Assembly: GCA_963847445.1 (NCBI GenBank)
Contig: CAWJZV010000046.1
Location: forward strand, 408,749 to 472,748
Length of the DNA stretch: 64,000 bases
Direction of reading: 5' to 3'
Source: an uncultured delta proteobacterium
Lineage (GTDB): Bacteria > Desulfobacterota > Binatia > UBA9968
The translations under genes were made by a program, and so were the position numbers. Positions 11,278-21,943 of this stretch are shown piece after piece; positions within the stretch are counted from its first letter, which is position 1; each line of letters begins with the position of its first letter. The notes below the pieces were generated by a model. That model did no database searches. It was given only the letters and a program-made list of their open reading frames with translations, and had not been told where the DNA came from.

Positions 11278-11313
11278 GTAGGGGCGAGTTTAAACCCCGT
11301 CCTCTTGGTTTTC
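11278..11313 (+). repeat. REP-like element GTAGGGGCGAGTTTAAACCCCGTCCTCTTGGTTTTC (second copy at 58700)
   Basis: It is near-identical to 58700-58735 and has an internal hairpin GGGGCG..CGTCC/CGCCC. Confidence 0.7.
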
Positions 11314-11388
11314 AGCGAAAGTTTACCCGGCCGAATAACTACTACCAGTATCGCAAAGCAGCGGAGGGATTGATGGACAAGAGAGGCT

Positions 11389-13497
11389 GTGCGTACCCTC
11401 ATCGACTCAGTCCGGAAGTCCGGCCGGCGCGCTCTGAGCGCGCCTGAAGCCCAGCAGTTGTGCGATGCCTACGGCATTCCTACGCCGAAGCAGGCGCTGG
11501 CCAAGAGCGCGGCTGAGGCAGTCAAAATCGCCGCGCGTTTACGTTTCCCGGTTGTCCTCAAAATCGTCTCGGACGATATCCTCCATAAAACCGAAGCCGG
11601 CGGCGTGATCGTCGGTCTCAAGAGCGCCGGCGAAGTGCGCCGCGCTTTCGATCGCCTCGTCAAAAGCGCCAAGGCTTATAAGAAAAACGCCGCGATCCAA
11701 GGGGTTCAGGTGCAGCAGATGCTTGGCGGCGGCCGCGAGGTGATGGTCGGTGCGGTGACCGATCCATCGTTCGGCAAGTTGGTCGCCTTCGGCTTAGGCG
11801 GCGTCCTCGTCGAAGTGATGAAGGACATCACGTTTCGACTGGCACCGGTGAGCAAGAAAGACGCGCTGTCGATGCTCGACGGCGTCAGCGGCGCGGAAAT
11901 TCTCCGCGGCGTGCGCGGCGCTAAAGGCGTCGATCGCGCGCGCTGGCCGACATCTTGCAAAAAGTTTCGCAGCTGGTCAACGACTTTCCCGAAATCCTCG
12001 AAGTCGATTTGAATCCGATCTTTGCCACCGACAAAGGGCGCGCACGGCGGTGGACGTGCGCATCGTCGTCGGCGAGCCGTTGCCGCAACGCCAACGATTT
12101 AGTCAGCCCGACATCTTGAGCGCCATGCAGCGGATCATGAATCCGCGCGCGGTCGCGGTGATCGGCGCGTCGGCGGAGGACGGCAAGATCGGCAACTCGG
12201 TGATGAAGAATCTCATCAACGGCGGCTACGCCGGCAAGATTTATCCGATTCATCCGAAGGCCGATGAAATCCTCGGGCGCAAGGCGTATGCGAGCGTGCT
12301 CAACGTGCCGGAGGAAATCGACGTTGCGGTGTTCGCGATCCCGGCGAAATTTTGTGCCGGCGCGATGGAGGAAGTGGGGCGAAAACAAATTCGCCGGCGC
12401 GGTGATGATTCCCTCCGGTTTCGCCGAGGTCGGCGAGCAGGGGTTGCAGGACGAATTGCTCGCCGTCGCCCAGCGCCACAACGTGCGCATTATGGGGCCG
12501 AATATCTATGGATTCTACTACACGCCGCAAAATCTTTGCGCGACTTTCTGCACGCCCTACGATGTCAAAGGCAAGGTGGCGCTTGAGCTCGCAGTCCGGC
12601 GGCGTCGGCATGTCGATCGTCGGCTTCTCGCGCACCACGCGCATGGGCGTGTCGGCGATCGTCGGACTGGGCAACAAATCGGATCTCGACGAAGACGATC
12701 TGCTGACCTACTTCGAGCAGGACGACAACACCCAGGTGATCGCCATGCACTGCGAAGATCTGAAAGACGGCCGGTCGTTCGCCCAAGTGGCGAGCCGGGT
12801 GTCGAAGAAGAAGCCGGTGGTCATGCTCAAGGCCGGCCGCACCGCTCTCGGCGCGCGTGCCGCCGCCTCGCACACCGGCGCGCTGGCCGGCAACGATAAA
12901 ATTTACGACGACGTGCTGCGCCAGTGCGGCGTGATTCGCGCCAAGAGTTTAAATGACTTGTTGCAGTTCGCCCGCGGCCTGCAGGTGCTGCCGACGCCAA
13001 AGGGCGAAAATATTATTATCATCACCGGCGCCGGCGGTTCGGGAGTTTTGCTTTCGGACGCTTGCGTCGACAACGGCCTGTCATTGATGAAGATGCCGCC
13101 GGACCTCGACGCCGGGTTTCGCAAATTTATCCCGCCCTTCGGCGCCGCCGGCAATCCGGTGGACATCACCGGCGGCGAACCGCCGACCACTTACGCCAAC
13201 ACGATTCGCTACGCCCTCGCCGAGCCGCGCATTCATGCGCTGATCTTGGGCTACTGGCACACGATCATCACGCCGCCGATGGTGTTCGCCAAACTCTGCG
13301 CCGAAGTGGTCGAGGAGGCGCGCGCCAAGGGGATCGACAAGCCGGTGGTGGCTTCGCTGGTCGGCGATGTCGAGGTCGAACAAGCCTGCGACTATCTCTA
13401 CGAGCGCGGCATCGTCGCTTATCCGTACACGACGGAACTGCCGGTCGCCGTGCTCGGCGCCAAGTACAAATGGGCGCGCGGCGCGGGTGTGCTTTAA
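11389..13497 (+). CDS. ADP-forming acyl-CoA synthetase, fused ATP-grasp (beta) then CoA-binding/ligase (alpha) domains (about four apparent frameshifts near 11940, 12040, 12380 and 12585)
   Basis: The ATP-grasp part reads FPVVLKIVSDDILHKTEAGGV. The CoA-binding part reads NPRAVAVIGASAEDGKIGNSV and YPIHPKADEILG. The ligase part reads SQSGGVGMSIVG, GLGNKSDLDEDD and ASHTGALAGND. The pieces tile contiguously across frames. Confidence 0.75.
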
Positions 13498-13707
13498 TCG
13501 CAGAGCTGGCTTATCCCACGCGCCAATTTCAATTAAGCATAAGACACTGTCGAGCCGTCTCGCCGTTAACTGTCTGTTAACTGACCTGAGCCCATTTCTA
13601 ACCAGACTGCACGCTTCCCAAAGCCTCGGCTGATGGAGTAATACTCAGGGTGACTTTCGCACACTTGGGCTATTGCGAAGTTGTGAAGTCAAAGAACGGA
13701 GACACCC

Positions 13708-14808
13708 ATGGCAGAACAAACCCTAACCGCGGTGGTGACCGACAAACGCAAGATCGAGATGCGTTACTTTCCGGTGCCTAAGCCGTCTTCGGACGATGCC
13801 ATCTTGAAGGTCGAGCTGTGCGGTATCTGCGGCAGCGATTATCATTACTACGTCGAGGGCCACCATTGGCCGTACCAGCCGCCGCCGCAGATTCTCGGTC
13901 ATGAGGTGGTCGGGCGCATCAGCGATATTTCTAGCGAGGCCGCCAAACATTGGAAGGTGAAAGAAGGCGATCTGGTCATTGTCGAGTCGGCGGTCACTTG
14001 CCACCGCTGCCGCTATTGCACCACCGGCAATTCTTCGCTGTGCTCGACCAAACGGAGCTACGGCATGAGCGCGAGCATGAACGAGCCGCCGTACTTATGG
14101 GGCGGCTATTCGCAGTACATGTATCTTCATCCCGATGCGATTCTTCACGTCGTGCCGGCCGGAGTTTCTGAGCATGAGGCGGTGCTGTTCAGTGGGCTGG
14201 CCAACGGCGTCAAGTGGGCGCAGCGGATTCCGGCGTTGAGCCTCGGCGATGCCATCGTCATTCTCGGTCCGGGCCAGCAGGGTTTGGGATGCGTGCTGGC
14301 GAGTTCGATGACCGGCGCCAATCCGATCATCGTCGCCGGCCTGGAGCGTGACGCCAAGCGCTTGGAAATTGCCAAAACATTGGGTGCCACGCATACGATC
14401 TTTTCCGACCAAGCGCCGCTGCTGGAACAGATTCGAAACATTACCGGCCCAGAGCTGGCCGATGTGGTGGTCGATGTCACCGGCAGCACCGCCGCTCAGG
14501 AAGTCGCCGTCGATCTGGTCCGGCGCGGCGGCACGGTAGTGCTCGCCGGACGGACGCCGAAAAAAACCATTCCCTTCGTCATGGACAAACTCACCAGCCG
14601 CGGCATCAAAATGATCGGCGTGCGCGCCCACGACTCGGAAGACGTGCGCAAGGCGGTGGCGGTCATCAGCGCGCGCCGGCATCAGCTGGCCAATCTGCTC
14701 ACCCATGAAGTGTCGCTTAAAGAGGCCGATCTTGCCTTGCGGCTGATCGGCCAGGAAGTTCCGGGCGAGGAAGCGATTCACGTCGCGATCAATCCATGGC
14801 GTGACTGA
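13708..14808 (+). CDS. zinc-dependent alcohol dehydrogenase family protein (MDR), paralog 1
   Basis: CGICGSDYHYY, GHEVVGRI and a structural-zinc Cys cluster CHRCRYCTTG are present, with an ILGPGQQG Rossmann motif. Confidence 0.85.
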   Translation: MAEQTLTAVVTDKRKIEMRYFPVPKPSSDDAILKVELCGICGSDYHYYVEGHHWPYQPPPQILGHEVVGRISDISSEAAKHWKVKEGDLVIVESAVTCHRCRYCTTGNSSLCSTKRSYGMSASMNEPPYLWGGYSQYMYLHPDAILHVVPAGVSEHEAVLFSGLANGVKWAQRIPALSLGDAIVILGPGQQGLGCVLASSMTGANPIIVAGLERDAKRLEIAKTLGATHTIFSDQAPLLEQIRNITGPELADVVVDVTGSTAAQEVAVDLVRRGGTVVLAGRTPKKTIPFVMDKLTSRGIKMIGVRAHDSEDVRKAVAVISARRHQLANLLTHEVSLKEADLALRLIGQEVPGEEAIHVAINPWRD

Positions 14809-14854
14809 GTCCGGATGACCGCCATCGCTACATAACCCAACCAAGGAGTTCACA

Positions 14855-15955
14855 ATGGATAAGAAATCTCTCGCTGCCGTCATCGTCGACAAACGGCGCA
14901 TGGAGATGCGCGAGTTCGCCGTGCCCGACCCCGGCGCCGATGACGCGGTTCTGAGAGTGGAAGCCTGCGGCATCTGCGGCAGCGATTATCACTACTACAA
15001 GGAACTCGATCACTGGCCCTATCTGCAGCCGCCGCATATCATGGGCCACGAAGTAGTCGGCCGCATCGGCGCCATCGGCCGCGACGCCAGCCGGCAGTGG
15101 AAACTCAAAGAGGGCGATCTGGTCGCCGTCGAAGCGCCGGTGACCTGCCAGCGCTGCCGCTATTGTCTCACCGGCAACGCGACGTTGTGCGCCGACAAGC
15201 GCAGCTACGGCATCAGCGCCAGCATGGCCGATCCGCCGCACCTATGGGGCGGCTACGCGCAGTACATGTATCTCCATCCCAATTCGATTCTGCACCCGGT
15301 GCCCGCCGGCGTGACGCCGCAGGCGGCGGTGCTCTACACCTGCGTGTCGAACGGTTTGAAATGGGCGCAGCGCGTGCCGGCGCTCAGCCCCGGCGACTCC
15401 ATCGTCATTCTCGGCCCCGGCCAGCAAGGTCTCGGCTGTGTCTTGGCCGCGGCGATGGCCGGCGCGGCACCGATCGTTGTCGCCGGTCTGGAAGCGGATG
15501 CGCAGCGGCTCGCCGTGGCCAAAGAGTTGGGAGCGACACACTTGATCTATTCCGAGCGTGGGCCGCTCGCCGAGCAGGTAAAAAATATTCTCGGTTCCGA
15601 GATGGCGGATGTGGTCGTCGACGTCACCGGCAGTGTGTCGGCCCAACAAGCAACCGTCGATCTGGTTCGTCGCGGCGGCACGATCGTATTGGCCGGCCGC
15701 ACACCCAATCAATCCGTGCAGTTCGAAATGGACAAAGTCGCCAGCCGCGGCATAACCATGATCGGCGTGCGCGGCCATGAGTCCGACGACATCCGGCGCG
15801 CCCTGAGCGTCATCGCCGCGCGGCCCGACGCCGCAGCGCGACTGACGACTCATGAAGTGCCATTGAAAGACGCCGATTATGCGCTCCGGCTGATCGGCCA
15901 GGAAGTGCCCGGCGAGAATGCGATTCATGTTTCGCTCAATCCGTGGATGTCGTAA
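14855..15955 (+). CDS. zinc-dependent alcohol dehydrogenase family protein (MDR), paralog 2
   Basis: It has the same length (366 aa) and the same motifs as the upstream gene, and is collinear throughout. Confidence 0.85.
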   Translation: MDKKSLAAVIVDKRRMEMREFAVPDPGADDAVLRVEACGICGSDYHYYKELDHWPYLQPPHIMGHEVVGRIGAIGRDASRQWKLKEGDLVAVEAPVTCQRCRYCLTGNATLCADKRSYGISASMADPPHLWGGYAQYMYLHPNSILHPVPAGVTPQAAVLYTCVSNGLKWAQRVPALSPGDSIVILGPGQQGLGCVLAAAMAGAAPIVVAGLEADAQRLAVAKELGATHLIYSERGPLAEQVKNILGSEMADVVVDVTGSVSAQQATVDLVRRGGTIVLAGRTPNQSVQFEMDKVASRGITMIGVRGHESDDIRRALSVIAARPDAAARLTTHEVPLKDADYALRLIGQEVPGENAIHVSLNPWMS

Positions 15956-16145
15956 GTGTCAGGACTCAGCAATTTGCAAATCGCGGGAATCCAGGTTCTG
16001 ACGCTTCCACCTCACCGCAGCTTGGACCAGCGGTCCAAAATTGATGGTGATAGTGTTCAAAGCGAAAGAAGGATGGACGTTAATTCTCCGAGCGCCGCCT
16101 GATCCCAAATGACAGGTGCCGCGCGAGTAACAATTTGCACATAAA

Positions 16146-16805
16146 ATGGAGGCGATCTTGAAAACCAGCGTCAAAAAAGTCGATGTGCCGGCGGAGCACT
16201 ATGATCGATTATTTATTCCGGTCGCCTGCGTCGTGTCGATCACCACTGTAGATACGGCCGGTCGGGTCAACGGCGCATCGTTTGCGACCTGCGTGAGAGT
16301 GCATCATGAGCCCACCTGCATCGCGTTCTGCGTCGACTCGCATAAGGACACTTACAAAAACGTGCTCGCGACCAAGCAGTTTGTCGTCAACATACCGTCT
16401 TTCGATCGGGAGATTTTGGAAAAAGTCCGGACTCTGGGATTGCCCTTCGCGCCTGGTGTGAACGAGCTGGAAAAAGCCGGGCTGACGGCGCTGCCGTCGA
16501 AGGTGGTCAAGCCGCCGCGCATCGCCGAGTACAAAAGTCATTTCGAATGCCAGGTCGAATGGACCAAGGAATGGTTTGGCACGCGGCTCATGGTGGTCGG
16601 CCGAGTGGTCGCTGCGTCGGTCGATGAAGACTGTATCGATGAAAAAGGCTGGGCGATTCTCGACAAGCTGCGGCCGGCGCACTACTGTGGCCAGGCCTAC
16701 TCGGGGGACAATAAATACCGCTTCGTCGCGTCCTATGAAATGATGGAGATCGACACCGTCTATGATGGCCCCGAAGCGAGCGGCAAAGACACGCGCAAAC
16801 CATAG
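16146..16805 (+). CDS. flavin reductase-like domain protein
   Basis: PVACVVSITTVDTAGRVNGASFATCVRVHHEPTCIAFCV fits the split-barrel flavin reductase pattern. The assignment is by pattern only. Confidence 0.55.
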   Translation: MEAILKTSVKKVDVPAEHYDRLFIPVACVVSITTVDTAGRVNGASFATCVRVHHEPTCIAFCVDSHKDTYKNVLATKQFVVNIPSFDREILEKVRTLGLPFAPGVNELEKAGLTALPSKVVKPPRIAEYKSHFECQVEWTKEWFGTRLMVVGRVVAASVDEDCIDEKGWAILDKLRPAHYCGQAYSGDNKYRFVASYEMMEIDTVYDGPEASGKDTRKP

Positions 16806-17058
16806 GAGAGATGACGTCGTGAAGCCCCGGTATTCTCTTTCACTGTATCGATCGCTTGGCCTGTCCGCGGAGCTCTGGCTCGGTCGGCTTACGTGAAGAG
16901 CTGCAATCGTTAGCTGACCGCCTGATGGTGCAGCCCGCCGAGGTGGTCAATCAGGTCAAGAAGATTTTGCGCCGAAATAAGCGAGGTGATGAGAGCATGC
17001 GCTGCTGGTTCGGTTGCCATCTAGGTATCAGCGAGAGGCTTTGCTACTTTACCGGTGA

Positions 17059-17464
17059 ATGCATCAAAGTTGGAGGCTCTCCATGCCAACTGTCCGGTAC
17101 CTAACGATCTTGTTCGCCTTGTTTCTCTCAATGCCGGCGGCGGCGCAGATACAGTATCAATTTCAGGACCAGCCCCGGCCTGAAGCCGACGTGGTCGTGG
17201 TAAACCATACGCTTCAAGTGCGCGGCTCGGCTGACGTTGTGGATGGTCGGCCGCGTGTTCAATCGCGGGCTCAAACCGGCGCGTAACGTCCGCGTAGTGC
17301 CGCTGCTGACGAACCTTTACGGCTCCCGGTTGCCAACCAATACCATCTATCTCAACCCGTCGGACGTGCTGCCGACGAGCTTCGCAAACTTTGAGGCGCG
17401 CGTGGGATCGTCGATGGATGTTCGCGATGTGATTTCGCATGCAACGGCCGAGTGGGATCCATGA
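17059..17464 (+). CDS. hypothetical secreted protein (one apparent frameshift near 17240)
   Basis: A signal peptide (MPTVRYLTILFALFLSMPAAAQ) is present. The two ORFs 17059..17286 and 17237..17464 join to one ~135-aa beta-rich protein. Confidence 0.35.
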
Positions 17465-17614
17465 TCGGATTGAGAACACAATCGGCAAATTGTCAATGGT
17501 TGAGGCGGACAACCTGACCCCGGCAATTGGCGGTGCGGAATACAGCGCAGATCGCCGCAATCCAGCACGACAATTCATGCGCAGGATCTACACGGACCAT
17601 GCCCGCCTCGATCG

Positions 17615-17932
17615 TTATAACGCTTCGGCGTGTAAACGAACGCCAAGGGCCTTGGCAACTCTCAGGACTGTGGCAAAGCTTGGATTACCTTTATTGCTCA
17701 GCGCCTTGTATAAGCTTTCGCGACTAAGGCCCGCATCGCGTGCCACACTCGACATTCCTTTGGCACGAGCGATATCGCCGAGCGCTCTAGCGATACCGGC
17801 CGGGTCATCTGGCGCTTCGTTCAGCCACGCGTCGAGATACGCAGCCCTTTCATCCGGTGTGCGCAGCTGTGCTGCTACATCATAAGGCACAGTCTTTGTT
17901 TTTCCGGTGGATTTAGATAACTTTTTGCGCAT
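17615..17932 (-). CDS. addiction-module antidote protein (HigA family HTH antitoxin)
   Basis: VPYDVAAQLRTPDERAAYLDAWL...IARAKGMSSVARDAGLSRESLYKALSNKGNPSFATVLRVAKALG is the typical putative addiction-module antidote pattern. It lies 10 nt downstream of the toxin gene. Confidence 0.8.
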   Translation of the reverse strand: MRKKLSKSTGKTKTVPYDVAAQLRTPDERAAYLDAWLNEAPDDPAGIARALGDIARAKGMSSVARDAGLSRESLYKALSNKGNPSFATVLRVAKALGVRLHAEAL

Positions 17933-17942
17933 GATTGTTCTC

Positions 17943-18218
17943 CTACAGATTTTGCGCCAGCGAAATGGCTTTTTGTATGTCTCGCTGTTGAGTTGATTTG
18001 TCCCCACCTGCTAGCAGAATGATGATTTCGTCTCCGCGTTCCATGTAGTAGACCCGATACCCGGGACCAAAATCGATCTTAAGCTCGCAGACACCTTCGG
18101 TGAGCCGCCGATATTGCCCGGGGTTTCCGTGCACGAGTCGATCGACCCGCACCTGAATGCGCGCGCGGCCTGTACGGTCTTTGAGAGAGTTGATCCAGTC
18201 CCGATAGACCTCGGTCAT
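17943..18218 (-). CDS. addiction-module killer protein (RelE/HigB-type toxin)
   Basis: RIQVRVDRLVHGNPGQYRRLTEGVCELKIDFGPGYRVYYMERGDEIIILLAGGDKSTQQRDI matches the killer-protein family pattern. Confidence 0.8.
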   Translation of the reverse strand: MTEVYRDWINSLKDRTGRARIQVRVDRLVHGNPGQYRRLTEGVCELKIDFGPGYRVYYMERGDEIIILLAGGDKSTQQRDIQKAISLAQNL

Positions 18219-18239
18219 CCCCACTCGCATAGTTGCATT

Positions 18240-18255
18240 GTAACCTATAGGCTAC
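18240..18255 (-). promoter_or_regulatory. near-perfect palindrome GTAACCTATAGGCTAC upstream of the toxin gene, a candidate TA autoregulatory operator
   Basis: The palindrome is read directly (one mismatched pair) and lies 22 nt upstream of the toxin start. Confidence 0.4.
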
Positions 18256-18404
18256 ATGCGTCAAGGGAGAAGTTGTTGATTCTAGGGAGAAGACCGCGAT
18301 CACAGTCAGGAACTCTGTGCTAGCTCGATGAAATCCAGGAAGGGTTCAGCGTTTGCCATTGCGGTTGCCGATTACGTGGAATCGGCTGGTTACTCTGTGA
18401 CATT

Positions 18405-19710
18405 TTACTGTTTGATATCTCGCGGCGCGGTCTTTTTTAGCAACAAGGCGAGAAGCTCGAGGCGCTCCTTAGAAAGATTCTTGAGCGCGGATGACGAACC
18501 ATCGCTCTCGCGGGCATACGCCTCTTGCTTCACCGCAGGCACAGCAGCCAGATTTTCCAGATATTCCTCAACCGGCGCGATCGAAAGCTTCGAAACGTAA
18601 TTCTCTGCGGCCTCCCGGGAGGCTGTGGATAGCTCGTCATAATGCTGCCGATCAGAGAGAAGTCGCTTCAACGCGTCGAGCCAAGGCCGAATATCTTGAT
18701 CGGGGACGAACGGGACTGGAAGCATCTGGTCATCTCGGCGCGTCTGGTAGCGCGCGATGGGCTCAACCGGCAAGAGATAGTCCACGCCTAGTTTTGCTTC
18801 GGGTAGGCCGCCAAGATTGCTAGCCAAGACCGGGATTCCTCTGAGCATCGACTCGACGACGATCTTGCCAAAGGCTTCCCCCCACAGCGATGGCACCAGC
18901 ATAATGCGGGTCCGGGCGAAAATCTGATCTATATCCTCGGTCGGCTGAAGCAGCTCCACATTAGGAAATTGTTTTAGGGCAACCCGGTCTGCAGCGGTAG
19001 TGGCCCAAGTCGGCACTGCGGCAAACCTTTCCGCAGGTAAAGCGCGCGCCAGCTCTAAAAAAATGGCAATGCCTTTGATCGCCGACGGGTTGACCATCGT
19101 AATGAAGGCGTTATCCAATGATCCGGAGTGGGGCCACGGTGGGCTCCCGTAAGCCGGCAAGGAAATGGCGACCGAGTCCAGGCCGCCCCATTTATAAATA
19201 TAACTCTTCAGGTAATTGCTGACCGCTATGATTCCAGCCGTCCGCTGTAGCATTTGTGTCCTTCAACGGATCCGGCGAAAAACACTCGGGACCGAAAGGC
19301 AGAGTCGCCTGGCTGTGCGATAGATAAACAACACGTCCCGGCATGCTCTCCAGGGCAGCCGCCAGGGCAAGATAACTAGGATCCTCGGATATCAAAATCC
19401 AATCCGGCGAAAACTCTCCGACCTGCTTCAGAAGCTGGCCGCAAAATTGACTGGTGTCGGCGAGTTGGTGAACCTGAACGCCCTGGAGATCAAATCTCTC
19501 GGTGCAAGGCGAGAATCCCGCTTCGGTCGGATTCAATGACTCGTTGCGCGATCCGCGGCGCGACGCGAAATGCGTTGCGGTGTGCGCCAACGCGAGGACT
19601 CTGCACAGGTGGCCTCTTCGGCTAAGATATTGCAGCAGCTCGCGGTTTGATTTTGCCGCCCCGGTCCAGCTCGGCGAATACGATAATTTCTGCGCCAGAA
19701 ATATTTTCAC
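18405..19710 (-). CDS. glycosyltransferase family 1 (GT4-type) (one apparent frameshift near 19200-19250)
   Basis: The N-terminus MKIFLA...RELLQYLSRRGHLCRVLA is GT4 N-domain-like. The C-domain contains the EAFGKIVVESMLRGIPVLASNLGGLPE (E-x7-E region) motif. Confidence 0.75.
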
Positions 19711-19723
19711 GAAATCGCCAAAC

Positions 19724-21922
19724 TCAGTCCTGGCTCTGATCTCTTCTGGCTAGCAAGGATTCAACCTGATCATCGGATAGTCCTTCGATTTTCTTCAAAA
19801 CCGCATCAAGTTCATCGACGCTGGCTGCATCGGCTTGTGCCATTAGAATCTCTCGGCAGAGTCCGCCAATAGTAAGTTTAGTCGTAAAGAATAGTCTCAC
19901 TGGGAGCTCAACGCCCAAATCTTTTCGGATGCGGGAGAGAACCTGCATACCGAGAAGGGAGTGACCTCCCAAATCGAAAAAGTTGTCATCGACGCCAATA
20001 CGCTCCAATCCCAGCAACTCCGACCACATGTGAGCCAGACGGTACTCGAGCGGAGAACGCGGAGGCACGAACGGCACGACGTCCCGCGGCAGAGGACGGC
20101 GCGTTTGTAAAACCACCTGGTGGATTCGCTCGGCGTCATTAAGTTCAATGGCAATAGAACTTAACAGCGACGCCTTTTCTCGGGCATCTCCCGAATCGGC
20201 GGAAATGACCGAAGGAGCCTCGTTCTCGGCGCTCGTCGCGGTGATTGTCGCCGCCTCCGGCGGCCGGTATTCGATGGCCGCCGCATACACGGCGGGAAAT
20301 CTGAAAAGAAAACCTCCGTCAATTGTTTCCTTCAAATCCGCGCCGACAATCTCCAAAAACTCCAAGGCGGGGCGATTTTTCTTGGTTTGGAGATAGCGCA
20401 CTTCGACTCGGTTTAAACCTCGCTGCATGGCAATTTCGCCTAGTCTCGACAGCAGGCGATGCTCGACGCCTTTGCCGAGCGCGCGACAGCTCAGCAGGAA
20501 GGTGTCCACGAGAATGCCATCAACGGCGGTAAAAATTATCACGCCAACGAGGCCATAGTCGCCAAACCGGTCTCTCAGGTTTACGATGAGACACTCCGCG
20601 TCGTGTCCTTGACAGAGGCGCTGAATGTCGCTCTCGGAACGTCGCTGGGTCGTAAAGTTAAACTGATTGGTTCTCTGGGTTAATTCCGCCACGCGGGGAA
20701 TTTGCTGCGGAACTAATGGCGAAATCTCAATTTTCAGATCGAGACCCGCTAGAAAATCCCTGAAACTAAGCGATGCATTGTGAAAGCTCGTCCGCTCTGA
20801 GCTCTGTTTGTAGGCTAGATTGCGTTGTTGCCCCTCGGCGGTGACCTTGAGATGATCAAAGATCCACAGATGTGATAAAAACCGCCCCGCCTGTTCCGGG
20901 TCCCGCGGAACTTGGAAGGTTAACACTTCAGGGCAGTGCGATTGCACTTCCGCGCACTCGACAGGATCGTCATCGAGAAAGATGAAACTGTCGCTGCCGA
21001 GGTTCAACTCCTGCGCTAAAGCTCTGATGTTTTCCGATTTTTGCCGCCAATTGATTCGCCGGGCGACAAAATGTTCGAGTTTCAAAGGCATATCGGAACG
21101 ATTTGCAAACACCTCGACGACATCCGCTTCATTGTTTTTGCTGCACAAACAAAGAAGCATTCCGGCATGATATTGTTCGAGCAGGAACTCTTGGATTTTT
21201 TTCCACGGCGGAGTTATCGCTATGCCAGCCGCGCCTTCTTCGCCGCATACCCCGCCCCAGAGCGTCTGATCGCAATCCAACACGATTACCTTATAGGGGT
21301 TGCTCGTAAGGCTGTAAATCTTCCGCGCGAGCATTGTCGCCAAGGCGCTGAAGAATAATGGCGTGTACGGGATATGGGCTAAACTGTCAGTGTGAGGATC
21401 ATGATATTCCGCTACCGGATAGCAGGCGAATAGTTCAGCTGGCGAAATGACGTGGACTCCAGGTATTTCTTGCAATTCGGCCTGCAGCGACGCTGCTATA
21501 TCTTCGAAAAATCGTTTTCTGTCCGGGTCCATCACAACCGCCGGTGACGCCGGACACAAACAGACGATCTGCGGCGTCGCCGAGCGCTCGGCGGCGGTTG
21601 TAACGGCGCGCGCAAAGTCGCGCGCGTCACGTTCGAGCGCCGGAAACGACAGTTCGGCAGCTTGCCGCCCTGCGGCACTCTTTTGCCAGTCTTCAAAGCA
21701 TACCAGAATAATATTGACACCCGTGCGGTTGGTGCCGAGCAAGCTAGACGGATCCACGAGCTGTTGAAATACCTGGTTGTACGGCGCAAAAGTGATCCGC
21801 GCCGGTATCTGGAGTTCCTCCAGCCAGAACGTCAGCGGTCGCTCGAGGGGCTCCGCCGTAAAGGTAGCAGTGATCGCAATCGTTCGCTCTGCGTTCCTAG
21901 GATCCAATTCATCATTCAACAT
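19724..21922 (-). CDS. FkbH-like HAD-IIIC phosphatase/acyltransferase fused to a C-terminal carrier (PP-binding) domain
   Basis: The HAD motif I context is KVIVLDCDQTLWGGVCGEEG, followed by a GNAT-like segment (DRFGDYGLVGVII...LLSCRALGKGVE). The C-terminal part FFDLGGHSLLGMQVLSRI carries the phosphopantetheine Ser motif. Confidence 0.8.
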   Translation of the reverse strand: MLNDELDPRNAERTIAITATFTAEPLERPLTFWLEELQIPARITFAPYNQVFQQLVDPSSLLGTNRTGVNIILVCFEDWQKSAAGRQAAELSFPALERDARDFARAVTTAAERSATPQIVCLCPASPAVVMDPDRKRFFEDIAASLQAELQEIPGVHVISPAELFACYPVAEYHDPHTDSLAHIPYTPLFFSALATMLARKIYSLTSNPYKVIVLDCDQTLWGGVCGEEGAAGIAITPPWKKIQEFLLEQYHAGMLLCLCSKNNEADVVEVFANRSDMPLKLEHFVARRINWRQKSENIRALAQELNLGSDSFIFLDDDPVECAEVQSHCPEVLTFQVPRDPEQAGRFLSHLWIFDHLKVTAEGQQRNLAYKQSSERTSFHNASLSFRDFLAGLDLKIEISPLVPQQIPRVAELTQRTNQFNFTTQRRSESDIQRLCQGHDAECLIVNLRDRFGDYGLVGVIIFTAVDGILVDTFLLSCRALGKGVEHRLLSRLGEIAMQRGLNRVEVRYLQTKKNRPALEFLEIVGADLKETIDGGFLFRFPAVYAAAIEYRPPEAATITATSAENEAPSVISADSGDAREKASLLSSIAIELNDAERIHQVVLQTRRPLPRDVVPFVPPRSPLEYRLAHMWSELLGLERIGVDDNFFDLGGHSLLGMQVLSRIRKDLGVELPVRLFFTTKLTIGGLCREILMAQADAASVDELDAVLKKIEGLSDDQVESLLARRDQSQD

Positions 21923-21943
21923 TGTGTCTATTGCTCCATCGAT

